Shown here: positions 50,401 to 64,000 of the stretch, one piece after another
How the letters are laid out: each line of letters begins with the position of its first letter
Position numbering within the stretch: the first letter of the stretch is position 1
Source: Eledone cirrhosa
Lineage: Eukaryota
Direction of reading: 5' to 3'
Assembly (NCBI GenBank): GCA_964016885.1
Contig: OZ024754.1
Span: 8,494,001-8,558,000 of the forward strand
Length of the DNA stretch: 64,000 bases
Position numbers and translations under genes: made by a program
Notes under the pieces: model-generated
Database searches by the model: none
Seen by the model: only the letters and a program-made list of their open reading frames with translations
What the model was told of the DNA's origin: nothing

Positions 50401-53400
50401 AAACCAACCTTACTTCCATCTCCCTACATTCCTAGCTAGACTTGTTACCAAGGATGTCATCACAACTAATTAAACCAACCTTACCTCCATCTCCCTAACA
50501 TTCCTAGCTAGACTTGTTACCAAGGATGTCATCACAACTAATTAAACCAACCTTACCTCCATCTCCCTACATTCCTAGCTAGACTTGTTACCAAGGATGA
50601 CATCACAACTAATTAAACCAACCTTACTTCCATCTCCCTACATTCCTAGCTAGACTTGTTACCAAGGATGTCATCACAACTAATTAAACCAACCTTACTT
50701 CCATCTCCCTACATTCCTAGCTAGACTTGTTACCAACGATGTCATCACAACTAATTAAACCAACCTTACTTCCATCTCCCTACATTCCTAGCTAGACTTG
50801 TTACCAAGGATGACATCACAACTAATTAAACCAACCTTACTTCCATCTCCCTACATTCCTAGCTAGACTTGTTACCAAGGATGTCATCACAACTAATTAA
50901 ACCAACCTTACCTCCATCTCCCTACATTCCTAGCTAGACTTGTTACCAACGTTGACATCACAACTAATTAAACCAACCTTACTTCCATCTCCCTACATTC
51001 CTAGCTAGACTTGTTACCCAACGTTGACATCACAACTAATTAAACCAACCTTACTTCCATCTCCCTACATTCCTAGCTAGACTTGTTACCAACGTTGACA
51101 TCACAACTAATTAAACCAACCTTACTTCCATCTCCCTACATTCCTAGCTAGACTTGTTACCAACGTTGACATCACAACTAATTAAACCAACCTTACCTCC
51201 ATCTCCCTACATTCCTAGCTAGACTTGTTACCAACGTTGACATCACAACTAATTAAACCAACCTTACCTCCATCTCCCTACATTCCTAGCTAGACTTGTT
51301 ACCAAGGATGTCATCACAACTAATTAAACCAACCTTACTTCCATCTCCCTACATTCCTAGCTAGACTTGTTACCAAGGATGTCATCACAACTAATTAAAC
51401 CAACCTTACCTCCATCTCCCTACATTCCTAGCTAGACTTGTTACCAAGGATGTCATCACAACTAATTAAACAACCTTACCTCCATCTCCCTACATTCCTA
51501 GCTAGACTTGTTACCAAGGATGTCATCACAACTAATTAAACCAACCTTACTTCCATCTCCCTACATTCCTAGCTAGACTTGTTACCAAGGATTTCATCAC
51601 AACTAATTAAACCAACCTTACCTCCATCTCCCTACATTCCTAGCTAGACTTGTTACCAAGGATGTCATCACAACTAATTAAACCAACCTTACCTCCATCT
51701 CCCTACATTCCTAGCTAGACTTGTTACCAAGGATGTCATCACAACTAATTAAACCAACCTTACTTCCATCTCCCTACATTCCTAGCTAGACTTGTTACCA
51801 ACGTTGACATCACAACTAATTAAACCAACCTTACTTCCATCTCCCTACATTCCTAGCTAGACTTGTTACCAACGTTGACATCACAACTAATTAAACCAAC
51901 CTTACTTCCATCTCCCTACATTCCTAGCTAGACTTGTTACCAAGGATGTCATCACAACTAATTAAACCAACCTTACTTCCATCTCCCTACATTCCTAGCT
52001 AGACTTGTTACCAAGGATGTCATCACAACTAATTAAACCAACCTTACTTCCATCTCCCTACATTCCTAGCTAGACTTGTTACCAAGGATGTCATCACAAC
52101 TAATTAAACCAACCTTACCTCCATCTCCCTACATTCCTAGCTAGACTTGTTACCAAGGATGTCATCACAACTAATTAAACCAACCTTACCTCCATCTCCC
52201 TACATTCCTAGCTAGACTTGTTACCAAGGATGTCATCACAACTAATTAAACCAACCTTACCTCCATCTCCCTACATTCCTAGCTAGACTTGTTACCAAGG
52301 ATGTCATCACAACTAATTAAACCAACCTTACTTCCATCTCCCTACATTCCTAGCTAGACTTGTTACCAAGGATGTCATCACAACTAATTAAACCAACCTT
52401 ACCTCCATCTCCCTACATTCCTAGCTAGACTTGTTACCAAGGATGTCATCACAACTAATTAAACCAACCTTACTCCATCTCCCTACATTCCTAGCTAGAC
52501 TTGTTACCAAGGATGTCATCACAACTAATTAAACCAACCTTACTTCCATCTCCCTACATTCCTAGCTAGACTTGTTACCAAGGATGTCATCACAACTAAT
52601 TAAACCAACCTTACCTCCATCTCCCTACATTCCTAGCTAGACTTGTTACCAAGGATGTCATCACAACTAATTAAACCAACCTTACCTCCATCTCCCTACA
52701 TTCCTAGCTAGACTTGTTACCAAGGATGTCATCACAACTAATTAAACCAACCTTACCTCCATCTCCCTACATTCCTAGCTAGACTTGTTACCAAGGATGT
52801 CATCACAACTAATTAAACCAACCTTACCTCCATCTCCCTACATTCCTAGCTAGACTTGTTACCAAGGATTTCATCACAACTAATTAAACCAACCTTACCT
52901 CCATCTCCCTACATTCCTAGCTAGACTTGTTACCAAGGATGTCATCACAACTATTAAACCAACCTTACTTCCATCTCCCTACATTCCTAGCTAGACTTGT
53001 TACCAAGGATGTCATCACAACTAATTAAACCAACCTTACTCCATCTCCCTACATTCCTAGCTAGACTTGTTACCAAGGATGTCATCACAACTAATTAAAC
53101 CAACCTTACTTCCATCTCCCTACATTCCTAGCTAGACTTGTTACCAAGGATGTCATCACAACTAATTAAACCAACCTTACCTCCATCTCCCTACATTCCT
53201 AGCTAGACTTGTTACCAAGGATGTCATCACAACTAATTAAACCAACCTTACCTCCATCTCCCTACATTCCTAGCTAGACTTGTTACCAAGGATGTCATCA
53301 CAACTAATTAAACCAACCTTACCTCCATCTCCCTACATTCCTAGCTAGACTTGTTACCAAGGATGTCATCACAACTAATTAAACCAACCTTACTTCCATC

Positions 53401-56400
53401 TCCCTACATTCCTAGCTAGACTTGTTACCAAGGATGTCATCACAACTAATTAAACCAACCTTACCTCCATCTCCCTACATTCCTAGCTAGACTTGTTACC
53501 AAGGATGTCATCACAACTAATTAAACCAACCTTACTTCCATCTCCCTACATTCCTAGCTAGACTTGTTACCAACGTTGACATCACAACTAATTAAACCAA
53601 CCTTACTTCCATCTCCCTACATTCCTAGCTAGACTTGTTACCAAGGATGTCATCACAACTAATTAAACCAACCTTACTTCCATCTCCCTACATTCCTAGC
53701 TAGACTTGTTACCAACGTTGACATCACAACTAATTAAACCAACCTTACTTCCATCTCCCTACATTCCTAGCTAGACTTGTTACCAAGGATGTCATCACAA
53801 CTAATTAAACCAACCTTACTTCCATCTCCCTACATTCCTAGCTAGACTTGTTACCAACGTTGACATCACAACTAATTAAACCAACCTTACTTCCATCTCC
53901 CTACATTCCTAGCTAGACTTGTTACCAAGGATGTCATCACAACTAATTAAACCAACCTTACTTCCATCTCCCTACATTCCTAGCTAGACTTGTTACCAAC
54001 GTTGACATCACAACTAATTAAACCAACCTTACTTCCATCTCCCTACATTCCTAGCTAGACTTGTTACCAAGGATGTCATCACAACTAATTAAACCAACCT
54101 TACTTCCATCTCCCTACATTCCTAGCTAGACTTGTTACCAACGTTGACATCACAACTAATTAAACCAACCTTACTTCCATCTCCCTACATTCCTAGCTAG
54201 ACTTGTTACCAACGTTGACATCACAACTAATTAAACCAACCTTACCTCCATCTCCCTACATTCCTAGCTAGACTTGTTACCAACGTTGACATCACAACTA
54301 ATTAAACCAACCTTACTTCCATCTCCCTACATTCCTAGCTAGACTTGTTACCAAGGATGTCATCACAACTAATTAAACCAACCTTACCTCCATCTCCCTA
54401 CATTCCTAGCTAGACTTGTTACCAAGGATGTCATCACAACTAATTAAACCAACCTTACCTCCATCTCCCTACATTCCTAGCTAGACTTGTTACCAAGGAT
54501 GACATCACAACTAATTAAACCAACCTTACTTCCATCTCCCTACATTCCTAGCTAGACTTGTTACCAAGGATGTCATCACAACTAATTAAACCAACCTTAC
54601 TTCCATCTCCCTACATTCCTAGCTAGACTTGTTACCAACGATGTCATCACAACTAATTAAACCAACCTTACTTCCATCTCCCTACATTCCTAGCTAGACT
54701 TGTTACCAAGGATGACATCACAACTAATTAAACCAACCTTACTTCCATCTCCCTACATTCCTAGCTAGACTTGTTACCAAGGATGTCATCACAACTAATT
54801 AAACCAACCTTACCTCCATCTCCCTACATTCCTAGCTAGACTTGTTACCACGTTGACATCACAACTAATTAAACCAACCTTACTTCCATCTCCCTACATT
54901 CCTAGCTAGACTTGTTACCAACGTTGACATCACAACTAATTAAACCAACCTTACTTCCATCTCCCTACATTCCTAGCTAGACTTGTTACCAACGTTGACA
55001 TCACAACTAATTAAACCAACCTTACTTCCATCTCCCTACATTCCTAGCTAGACTTGTTACCAACGTTGACATCACAACTAATTAAACCAACCTTACCTCC
55101 ATCTCCCTACATTCCTAGCTAGACTTGTTACCAACGTTGACATCACAACTAATTAAACCAACCTTACTTCCATCTCCCTACATTCCTAGCTAGACTTGTT
55201 ACCAAGGATGTCATCACAACTAATTAAACCAACCTTACTTCCATCTCCCTACATTCCTAGCTAGACTTGTTACCAAGGATGTCATCACAACTAATTAAAC
55301 CAACCTTACCTCCATCTCCCTACATTCCTAGCTAGACTTGTTACCAAGGATGTCATCACAACTAATTAAACCAACCTTACCTCCATCTCCCTACATTCCT
55401 AGCTAGACTTGTTACCAAGGATGTCATCACAACTAATTAAACCAACCTTACTTCCATCTCCCTACATTCCTAGCTAGACTTGTTACCAAGGATTTCATCA
55501 CAACTAATTAAACCAACCTTACCTCCATCTCCCTACATTCCTAGCTAGACTTGTTACCAAGGATGTCATCACAACTAATTAAACCAACCTTACCTCCATC
55601 TCCCTACATTCCTAGCTAGACTTGTTACCAAGGATGTCATCACAACTAATTAAACCAACCTTACTTCCATCTCCCTACATTCCTAGCTAGACTTGTTACC
55701 AACGTTGACATCACAACTAATTAAACCAACCTTACTTCCATCTCCCTACATTCCTAGCTAGACTTGTTACCAACGTTGACATCACAACTAATTAAACCAA
55801 CCTTACTTCCATCTCCCTACATTCCTAGCTAGACTTGTTACCAAGGATGTCATCACAACTAATTAAACCAACCTTACTTCCATCTCCCTACATTCCTAGC
55901 TAGACTTGTTACCAGGATGTCATCACAACTAATTAAACCAACCTTACTTCCATCTCCCTACATTCCTAGCTAGACTTGTTACCAAGGATGTCATCACAAC
56001 TAATTAAACCAACCTTACCTCCATCTCCCTACATTCCTAGCTAGACTTGTTACCAAGGATGTCATCACAACTAATTAAACCAACCTTACCTCCATCTCCC
56101 TACATTCCTAGCTAGACTTGTTACCAAGGATGTCATCACAACTAATTAAACCAACCTTACCTCCATCTCCCTACATTCCTAGCTAGACTTGTTACCAAGG
56201 ATGTCATCACAACTAATTAAACCAACCTTACTTCCATCTCCCTACATTCCTAGCTAGACTTGTTACCAAGGATGTCATCACAACTAATTAAACCAACCTT
56301 ACCTCCATCTCCCTACATTCCTAGCTAGACTTGTTACCAAGGATGTCATCACAACTAATTAAACCAACCTTACCTCCATCTCCCTACATTCCTAGCTAGA

Positions 56401-59400
56401 CTTGTTACCAAGGATGTCATCACAACTAATTAAACCAACCTTACTTCCATCTCCCTACATTCCTAGCTAGACTTGTTACCAAGGATGTCATCACAACTAA
56501 TTAAACCAACCTTACCTCCATCTCCCTACATTCCTAGCTAGACTTGTTACCAAGGATGTCATCACAACTAATTAAACCAACCTTACCTCCATCTCCCTAC
56601 ATTCCTAGCTAGACTTGTTACCAAGGATGTCATCACAACTAATTAACCAACCTTACCTCCATCTCCCTACATTCCTAGCTAGACTTGTTACCAAGGATGT
56701 CATCACAACTAATTAAACCAACCTTACCTCCATCTCCCTACATTCCTAGCTAGACTTGTTACCAAGGATGTCATCACAACTAATTAAACCAACCTTACCT
56801 CCATCTCCCTACATTCCTAGCTAGACTTGTTACCAAGGATGTCATCACAACTAATTAAACAACCTTACTTCCATCTCCCTACATTCCTAGCTAGACTTGT
56901 TACCAAGGATGTCATCACAACTAATTAAACCAACCTTACCTCCATCTCCCTACATTCCTAGCTAGACTTGTTACCAAGGATGTCATCACAACTAATTAAA
57001 CCAACCTTACTTCCATCTCCCTACATTCCTAGCTAGACTTGTTACCAAGGATGTCATCACAACTAATTAAACCAACCTTACCTCCATCTCCCTACATTCC
57101 TAGCTAGACTTGTTACCAAGGATGTCATCACAACTAATTAAACCAACCTTACCTCCATCTCCCTACATTCCTAGCTAGACTTGTTACCAAGGATGTCATC
57201 ACAACTAATTAAACCAACCTTACCTCCATCTCCCTACATTCCTAGCTAGACTTGTTACCAAGGATGTCATCACAACTAATTAAACCAACCTTACTTCCAT
57301 CTCCCTACATTCCTAGCTAGACTTGTTACCAAGGATGTCATCACAACTAATTAAACCAACCTTACCTCCATCTCCCTACATTCCTAGCTAGACTTGTTAC
57401 CAAGGATGTCATCACAACTAATTAAACCAACCTTACTTCCATCTCCCTACATTCCTAGCTAGACTTGTTACCAACGTTGACATCACAACTAATTAAACCA
57501 ACCTTACTTCCATCTCCCTACATTCCTAGCTAGACTTGTTACCAAGGATGTCATCACAACTAATTAAACCAACCTTACTTCCATCTCCCTACATTCCTAG
57601 CTAGACTTGTTACCAACGTTGACATCACAACTAATTAAACCAACCTTACTTCCATCTCCCTACATTCCTAGCTAGACTTGTTACCAAGGATGTCATCACA
57701 ACTAATTAAACCAACCTTACTTCCATCTCCCTACATTCCTAGCTAGACTTGTTACCAACGTTGACATCACAACTAATTAAACCAACCTTACTTCCATCTC
57801 CCTACATTCCTAGCTAGACTTGTTACCAAGGATGTCATCACAACTAATTAAACCAACCTTACTTCCATCTCCCTACATTCCTAGCTAGACTTGTTACCAA
57901 CGTTGACATCACAACTAATTAAACCAACCTTACTTCCATCTCCCTACATTCCTAGCTAGACTTGTTACCAAGGATGTCATCACAACTAATTAAACCAACC
58001 TTACTTCCATCTCCCTACATTCCTAGCTAGACTTGTTACCAAGGATGTCATCACAACTAATTAAACCAACCTTACCTCCATCTCCCTACATTCCTAGCTA
58101 GACTTGTTACCAAGGATGTCATCACAACTAATTAAACCAACCTTACCTCCATCTCCCTACATTCCTAGCTAGACTTGTTACCAAGGATGTCATCACAACT
58201 AATTAAACCAACCTTACTTCCATCTCCCTACATTCCTAGCTAGACTTGTTACCAAGGATTTCATCACAACTAATTAAACCAACCTTACCTCCATCTCCCT
58301 ACATTCCTAGCTAGACTTGTTACCAAGGATGTCATCACAACTAATTAAACCAACCTTACCTCCATCTCCCTACATTCCTAGCTAGACTTGTTACCAAGGA
58401 TGTCATCACAACTAATTAAACCAACCTTACTTCCATCTCCCTACATTCCTAGCTAGACTTGTTACCAACGTTGACATCACAACTAATTAAACCAACCTTA
58501 CTTCCATCTCCCTACATTCCTAGCTAGACTTGTTACCAACGTTGACATCACAACTAATTAAACCAACCTTACTTCCATCTCCCTACATTCCTAGCTAGAC
58601 TTGTTACCAAGGATGTCATCACAACTAATTAAACCAACCTTACTTCCATCTCCCTACATTCCTAGCTAGACTTGTTACCAAGGATGTCATCACAACTAAT
58701 TAAACCAACCTTACTTCCATCTCCCTACATTCCTAGCTAGACTTGTTACCAAGGATGTCATCACAACTAATTAAACCAACCTTACCTCCATCTCCCTACA
58801 TTCCTAGCTAGACTTGTTACCAAGGATGTCATCACAACTAATTTAAACCAACCTTACCTCCATCTCCCTACATTCCTAGCTAGACTTGTTACCAAGGATG
58901 TCATCACAACTAATTAAACCAACCTTACCTCCATCTCCCTACATTCCTAGCTAGACTTGTTACCAAGGATGTCATCACAACTAATTAAACCAACCTTACT
59001 TCCATCTCCCTACATTCCTAGCTAGACTTGTTACCAAGGATGTCATCACAACTAATTAAACCAACCTTACCTCCATCTCCCTACATTCCTAGCTAGACTT
59101 GTTACCAAGGATGTCATCACAACTAATTAAACCAACCTTACCTCCATCTCCCTACATTCCTAGCTAGACTTGTTACCAAGGATGTCATCACAACTAATTA
59201 AACCAACCTTACCTTCCATCTCCCTACATTCCTAGCTAGACTTGTTACCAAGGATGTCATCACAACTAATTAAACCAACCTTACCTCCATCTCCCTACAT
59301 TCCTAGCTAGACTTGTTACCAAGGATGTCATCACAACTAATTAAACCAACCTTACCTCCATCTCCCTACATTCCTAGCTAGACTTGTTACCAAGGATGTC

Positions 59401-62400
59401 ATCACAACTAATTAAACCAACCTTACCTCCATCTCCCTACATTCCTAGCTAGACTTGTTACCAAGGATGTCATCACAACTAATTAAACCAACCTTACCTC
59501 CATCTCCCTACATTCCTAGCTAGACTTGTTACCAAGGATGTCATCACAACTAATTAAACCAACCTTACCTCCATCTCCCTACATTCCTAGCTAGACTTGT
59601 TACCAAGGATGTCATCACAACTAATTAAACCAACCTTACTTCCATCTCCCTACATTCCTAGCTAGACTTGTTACCAAGGATGTCATCACAACTAATTAAA
59701 CCAACCTTACTCCATCTCCCTACATTCCTAGCTAGACTTGTTACCAAGGATGTCATCACAACTAATTAAACCAACCTTACTTCCATCTCCCTACATTCCT
59801 AGCTAGACTTGTTACCAAGGATGTCATCACAACTAATTAAACCAACCTTACCTCCATCTCCCTACATTCCTAGCTAGACTTGTTACCAAGGATGTCATCA
59901 CAACTAATTAAACCAACCTTACCTCCATCTCCCTACATTCCTAGCTAGACTTGTTACCAAGGATGTCATCACAACTAATTAAACCAACCTTACCTCCATC
60001 TCCCTACATTCCTAGCTAGACTTGTTACCAAGGATGTCATCACAACTAATTAAACCAACCTTACTTCCATCTCCCTACATCCTAGCTAGACTTGTTACCA
60101 AGGATGTCATCACAACTAATTAAACCAACCTTACCTCCATCTCCCTACATTCCTAGCTAGACTTGTTACCAAGGATGTCATCACAACTAATTAAACAACC
60201 TTACTTCCATCTCCCTACATTCCTAGCTAGACTTGTTACCAACGTTGACATCACAACTAATTAAACCAACCTTACTTCCATCTCCCTACATTCCTAGCTA
60301 GACTTGTTACCAAGGATGTCATCACAACTAATTAAACCAACCTTACTTCCATCTCCCTACATTCCTAGCTAGACTTGTTACCAACGGTTGACATCACAAC
60401 TAATTAAACCAACCTTACTTCCATCTCCCTACATTCCTAGCTAGACTTGTTACCAAGGATGTCATCACAACTAATTAAACCAACCTTACTTCCATCTCCC
60501 TACATTCCTAGCTAGACTTGTTACCAACGTTGACATCACAACTAATTAAACCAACCTTACTTCCATCTCCCTACATTCCTAGCTAGACTTGTTACCAAGG
60601 ATGTCATCACAACTAATTAAACCAACCTTACTTCCATCTCCCTACATTCCTAGCTAGACTTGTTACCAACGTTGACATCACAACTAATTAAACCAACCTT
60701 ACTTCCATCTCCCTACATTCCTAGCTAGACTTGTTACCAAGGATGTCATCACAACTAATTAAACCAACCTTACTTCCATCTCCCTACATTCCTAGCTAGA
60801 CTTGTTACCAACGTTGACATCACAACTAATTAAACCAACCTTACTTCCATCTCCCTACATTCCTAGCTAGACTTGTTACCAACGTTGACATCACAACTAA
60901 TTAAACCAACCTTACCTCCATCTCCCTACATTCCTAGCTAGACTTGTTACCAACGTTGACATCACAACTAATTAAACCAACCTTACTTCCATCTCCCTAC
61001 ATTCCTAGCTAGACTTGTTACCAAGGATGTCATCACAACTAATTAAACCAACCTTACTTCCATCTCCCTACATTCCTAGCTAGACTTGTTACCAACGATG
61101 TCATCACAACTAATTAAACCAACCTTACTTCCATCTCCCTACATTCCTAGCTAGACTTGTTACCAACGATGACATCACAACTAATTAAACCAACCTTACC
61201 TCCATCTCCCTACATTCCTAGCTAGACTTGTTACCAAGGATGTCATCACAACTAATTAAACCAATCTTACCTCCATCTCCCTACATTCCTAGCTAGACTT
61301 GTTACCAACGATGTCATCACAACTAATTAAACCAACCTTACCTCCATCTCCCTACATTCCTAGCTAGACTTGTTACCAAGGATGTCATCACAACTAATTA
61401 AACCAACCTTACTTCCATCTCCCTACATTCCTAGCTAGACTTGTTACCAACGATGTCATCACAACTAATTAAACCAACCTTACTTCCATCTCCCTACATT
61501 CCTAGCTAGACTTGTTACCAACGATGACATCACAACTAATTAAACCAACCTTACCTCCATCTCCCTACATTCCTAGCTAGGCTTGTTACCAAGGATGTCA
61601 TCACAACTAATTAAACCAATCTTACCTCCATCTCCCTACATTCCTAGCTAGACTTGTTACCAAGGATGTCATCACAACTAATTAAACCAACCTTACTTCC
61701 ATCTCCCTACATTCCTAGCTAGACTTGTTACCAACGTTGACATCACAACTAATTAAACCAACCTTACTTCCATCTCCCTACATTCCTAGCTAGACTTGTT
61801 ACCAACGTTGACATCACAACTAATTAAACCAACCTTACCTCCATCTCCCTACATTCCTAGCTAGACTTGTTACCAAGGATGTCATCACAACTAATTAAAC
61901 CAACCTTACTTCCATCTCCCTACATTCCTAGCTAGACTTGTTACCAACGTTGACATCACAACTAATTAAACCAACCTTACTTCCATCTCCCTACATTCCT
62001 AGCTAGACTTGTTACCAACGATGACATCACAACTAATTAAACCAACCTTACCTCCATCTCCCTACATTCCTAGCTAGACTTGTTACCAAGGATGTCATCA
62101 CAACTAATTAAACCAACCTTACCTCCATCTCCCTACATTCCTAGCTAGACTTGTTACCAAGGATGTCATCACAACTAATTAAACCAACCTTACCTCCATC
62201 TCCCTACATTCCTAGCTAGACTTGTTACCAAGGATGTCATCACAACTAATTAAACCAACCTTACTTCCATCTCCCTACATTCCTAGCTAGACTTGTTACC
62301 AACGTTGACATCACAACTAATTAAACCAACCTTACTTCCATCTCCCTACATTCCTAGCTAGACTTGTTACCAAGGATGTCATCACAACTAATTAAACCAA

Positions 62401-64000
62401 CCTTACTTCCATCTCCCTACATTCCTAGCTAGACTTGTTACCAAGGATGTCATCACAACTAGTTAAACCAACCTTACTTCCATCTCCCTACATTCCTAGC
62501 TAGACTTGTTACCAACGATGTCATCACAACTAATTAAACCAACCTTACTTCCATCTCCCTACATTCCTAGCTAGACTTGTTACCAACGATGTCATCACAA
62601 CTAATTAAACCAACCTTACTTCCATCTCCCTACATTCCTAGCTAGACTTGTTACCAACGATGTCATCACAACTAAACCAACCTTACCTCCATCTCCCTAC
62701 ATTCCTAGCTAGACTTGTTACCAACGATGTCATCACAACTAATTAAACCAACCTTACCTCCATCTCCCTACATTCCTAGCTAGACTTGTTACCAACGTTG
62801 ACATCACAACTAATTAAACCAACCTTACTTCCATCTCCCTACATTCCTAGCTAGACTTGTTACCAAGGATGTCATCACAACTAATTAAACCAACCTTACT
62901 TCCATCTCCCTACATTCCTAGCTAGACTTGTTACCAAGGATGTCATCACAACTAATTAAACCAACCTTACTTCCATCTCCCTACAATCCTAGCTAGACTT
63001 GTTACCAACGATGTCATCACAACTAATTAAACCAACCTTACTTCCATCTCTCTACATTCCTAGCTAGACTTGTTACCAACGATGTCATCACAACTAATTA
63101 AACCAACCTTACTTCCATCTCCCTACAATCCTAGCTAGACTTGTTACCAACGTTGACATCACAACTAATTAAACCAACCTTACTTCCATCTCCCTACATT
63201 CCTAGCTAGACTTGTTACCAAGGATGTCATCACAACTAATTAAACCAACCTTACTTCCATCTCCCTACATTCCTAGCTAGACTTGTTACCAACGATGTCA
63301 TCACAACTAATTAAACCAACCTTACTTCCATCTCCCTACATTCCTAGCTAGACTTGTTACCAAGGATGTCATCACAACTAATTAAACCAACCTTACTTCC
63401 ATCTCCCTACATTCCTAGCTAGGCTTGTTACCAAGGATGTCATCACAACTAATTAAACCAACCTTACTTCCATCTCCCTACATTCCTAGCTAGACTTGTT
63501 ACCAACGATGTCATCACAACTAATTAAACCAACCTTACTTCCATCTCCCTACATTCCTAGCTAGACTTGTTACCAACGATGTCATCACAACTAATTAAAC
63601 CAACCTTACTTCCATCTCCCTACAATCCTAGCTAGACTTGTTACCAACGTTGACATCACAACTAATTAAACCAACCTTACTTCCATCTCCCTACAATCCT
63701 AGCTAGACTTGTTACCAAGGATGTCATCACAACTAATTAAACCAACCTTACCTCCATCTCCCTACATTCCTAGCTAGACTTGTTACCAACGATGTCATCA
63801 CAACTAATTAAACCAACCTTACTTCCATCTCCCTACATTCCTAGCTAGGCTTGTTACCAAGGATGTCATCACAACTAATTAAACCAACCTTACTTCCATC
63901 TCCCTACATTCCTAGCTAGACTTGTTACCAAGGATGTCATCACAACTAATTAAACCAACCTTACTTCCATCTCCCTACATTCCTAGCTAGACTTGTTACC
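32418..64000. repeat. 71-bp satellite array, roughly 440 copies, running off the window end
   Basis: Unit CCTAGCTAGACTTGTTACCAAGGATGTCATCACAACTAATTAAACCAACCTTACTTCCATCTCCCTACATT; period 71 (32418, 32489, 32560). Confidence 0.98.
46919..47118. other. Assembly gap (200 N)
   Basis: Run of N inside the satellite. Confidence 0.99.

Noticed and set aside
47119-60400. Scattered single-base indels in satellite monomers after the gap
   Set aside because: Sporadic, mostly in short homopolymers and concentrated at the contig edge; most likely read-consensus errors.
32418-64000. CRISPR-like or information-encoding array
   Set aside because: There are no unique spacers, only recurring point variants of one monomer, and the context is eukaryotic with no cas genes.

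Overview
AT-rich, microsatellite-laden animal DNA; the SINE/LINE/MITE landscape looks cephalopod (octopus-like), which is an inference. Main result: at 3122-8525 there is a young endogenous parvovirus-like element. It has a terminal hairpin, two apparently identical intact PLA2-bearing capsid genes inside ~2066-bp inverted arms, and an HUH/SF3 NS1 gene between them. Phase-matched splice signals suggest the whole capsid ORF lies inside an intron of the NS1 gene. The viral hairpin is joined directly to a 5'-inverted (twin-priming-type) Penelope-like retroelement whose 3' UTR carries a hammerhead core, and the whole composite has (TA)n on both sides, consistent with co-integration. The rest of the window holds a 4-exon MARVEL-domain host gene (18065-29243), decayed LINEs, SINEs and MITEs, further hammerhead motifs, a 43-bp minisatellite, and a >31-kb 71-bp satellite with higher-order duplications and one assembly gap. 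No database searches were run.
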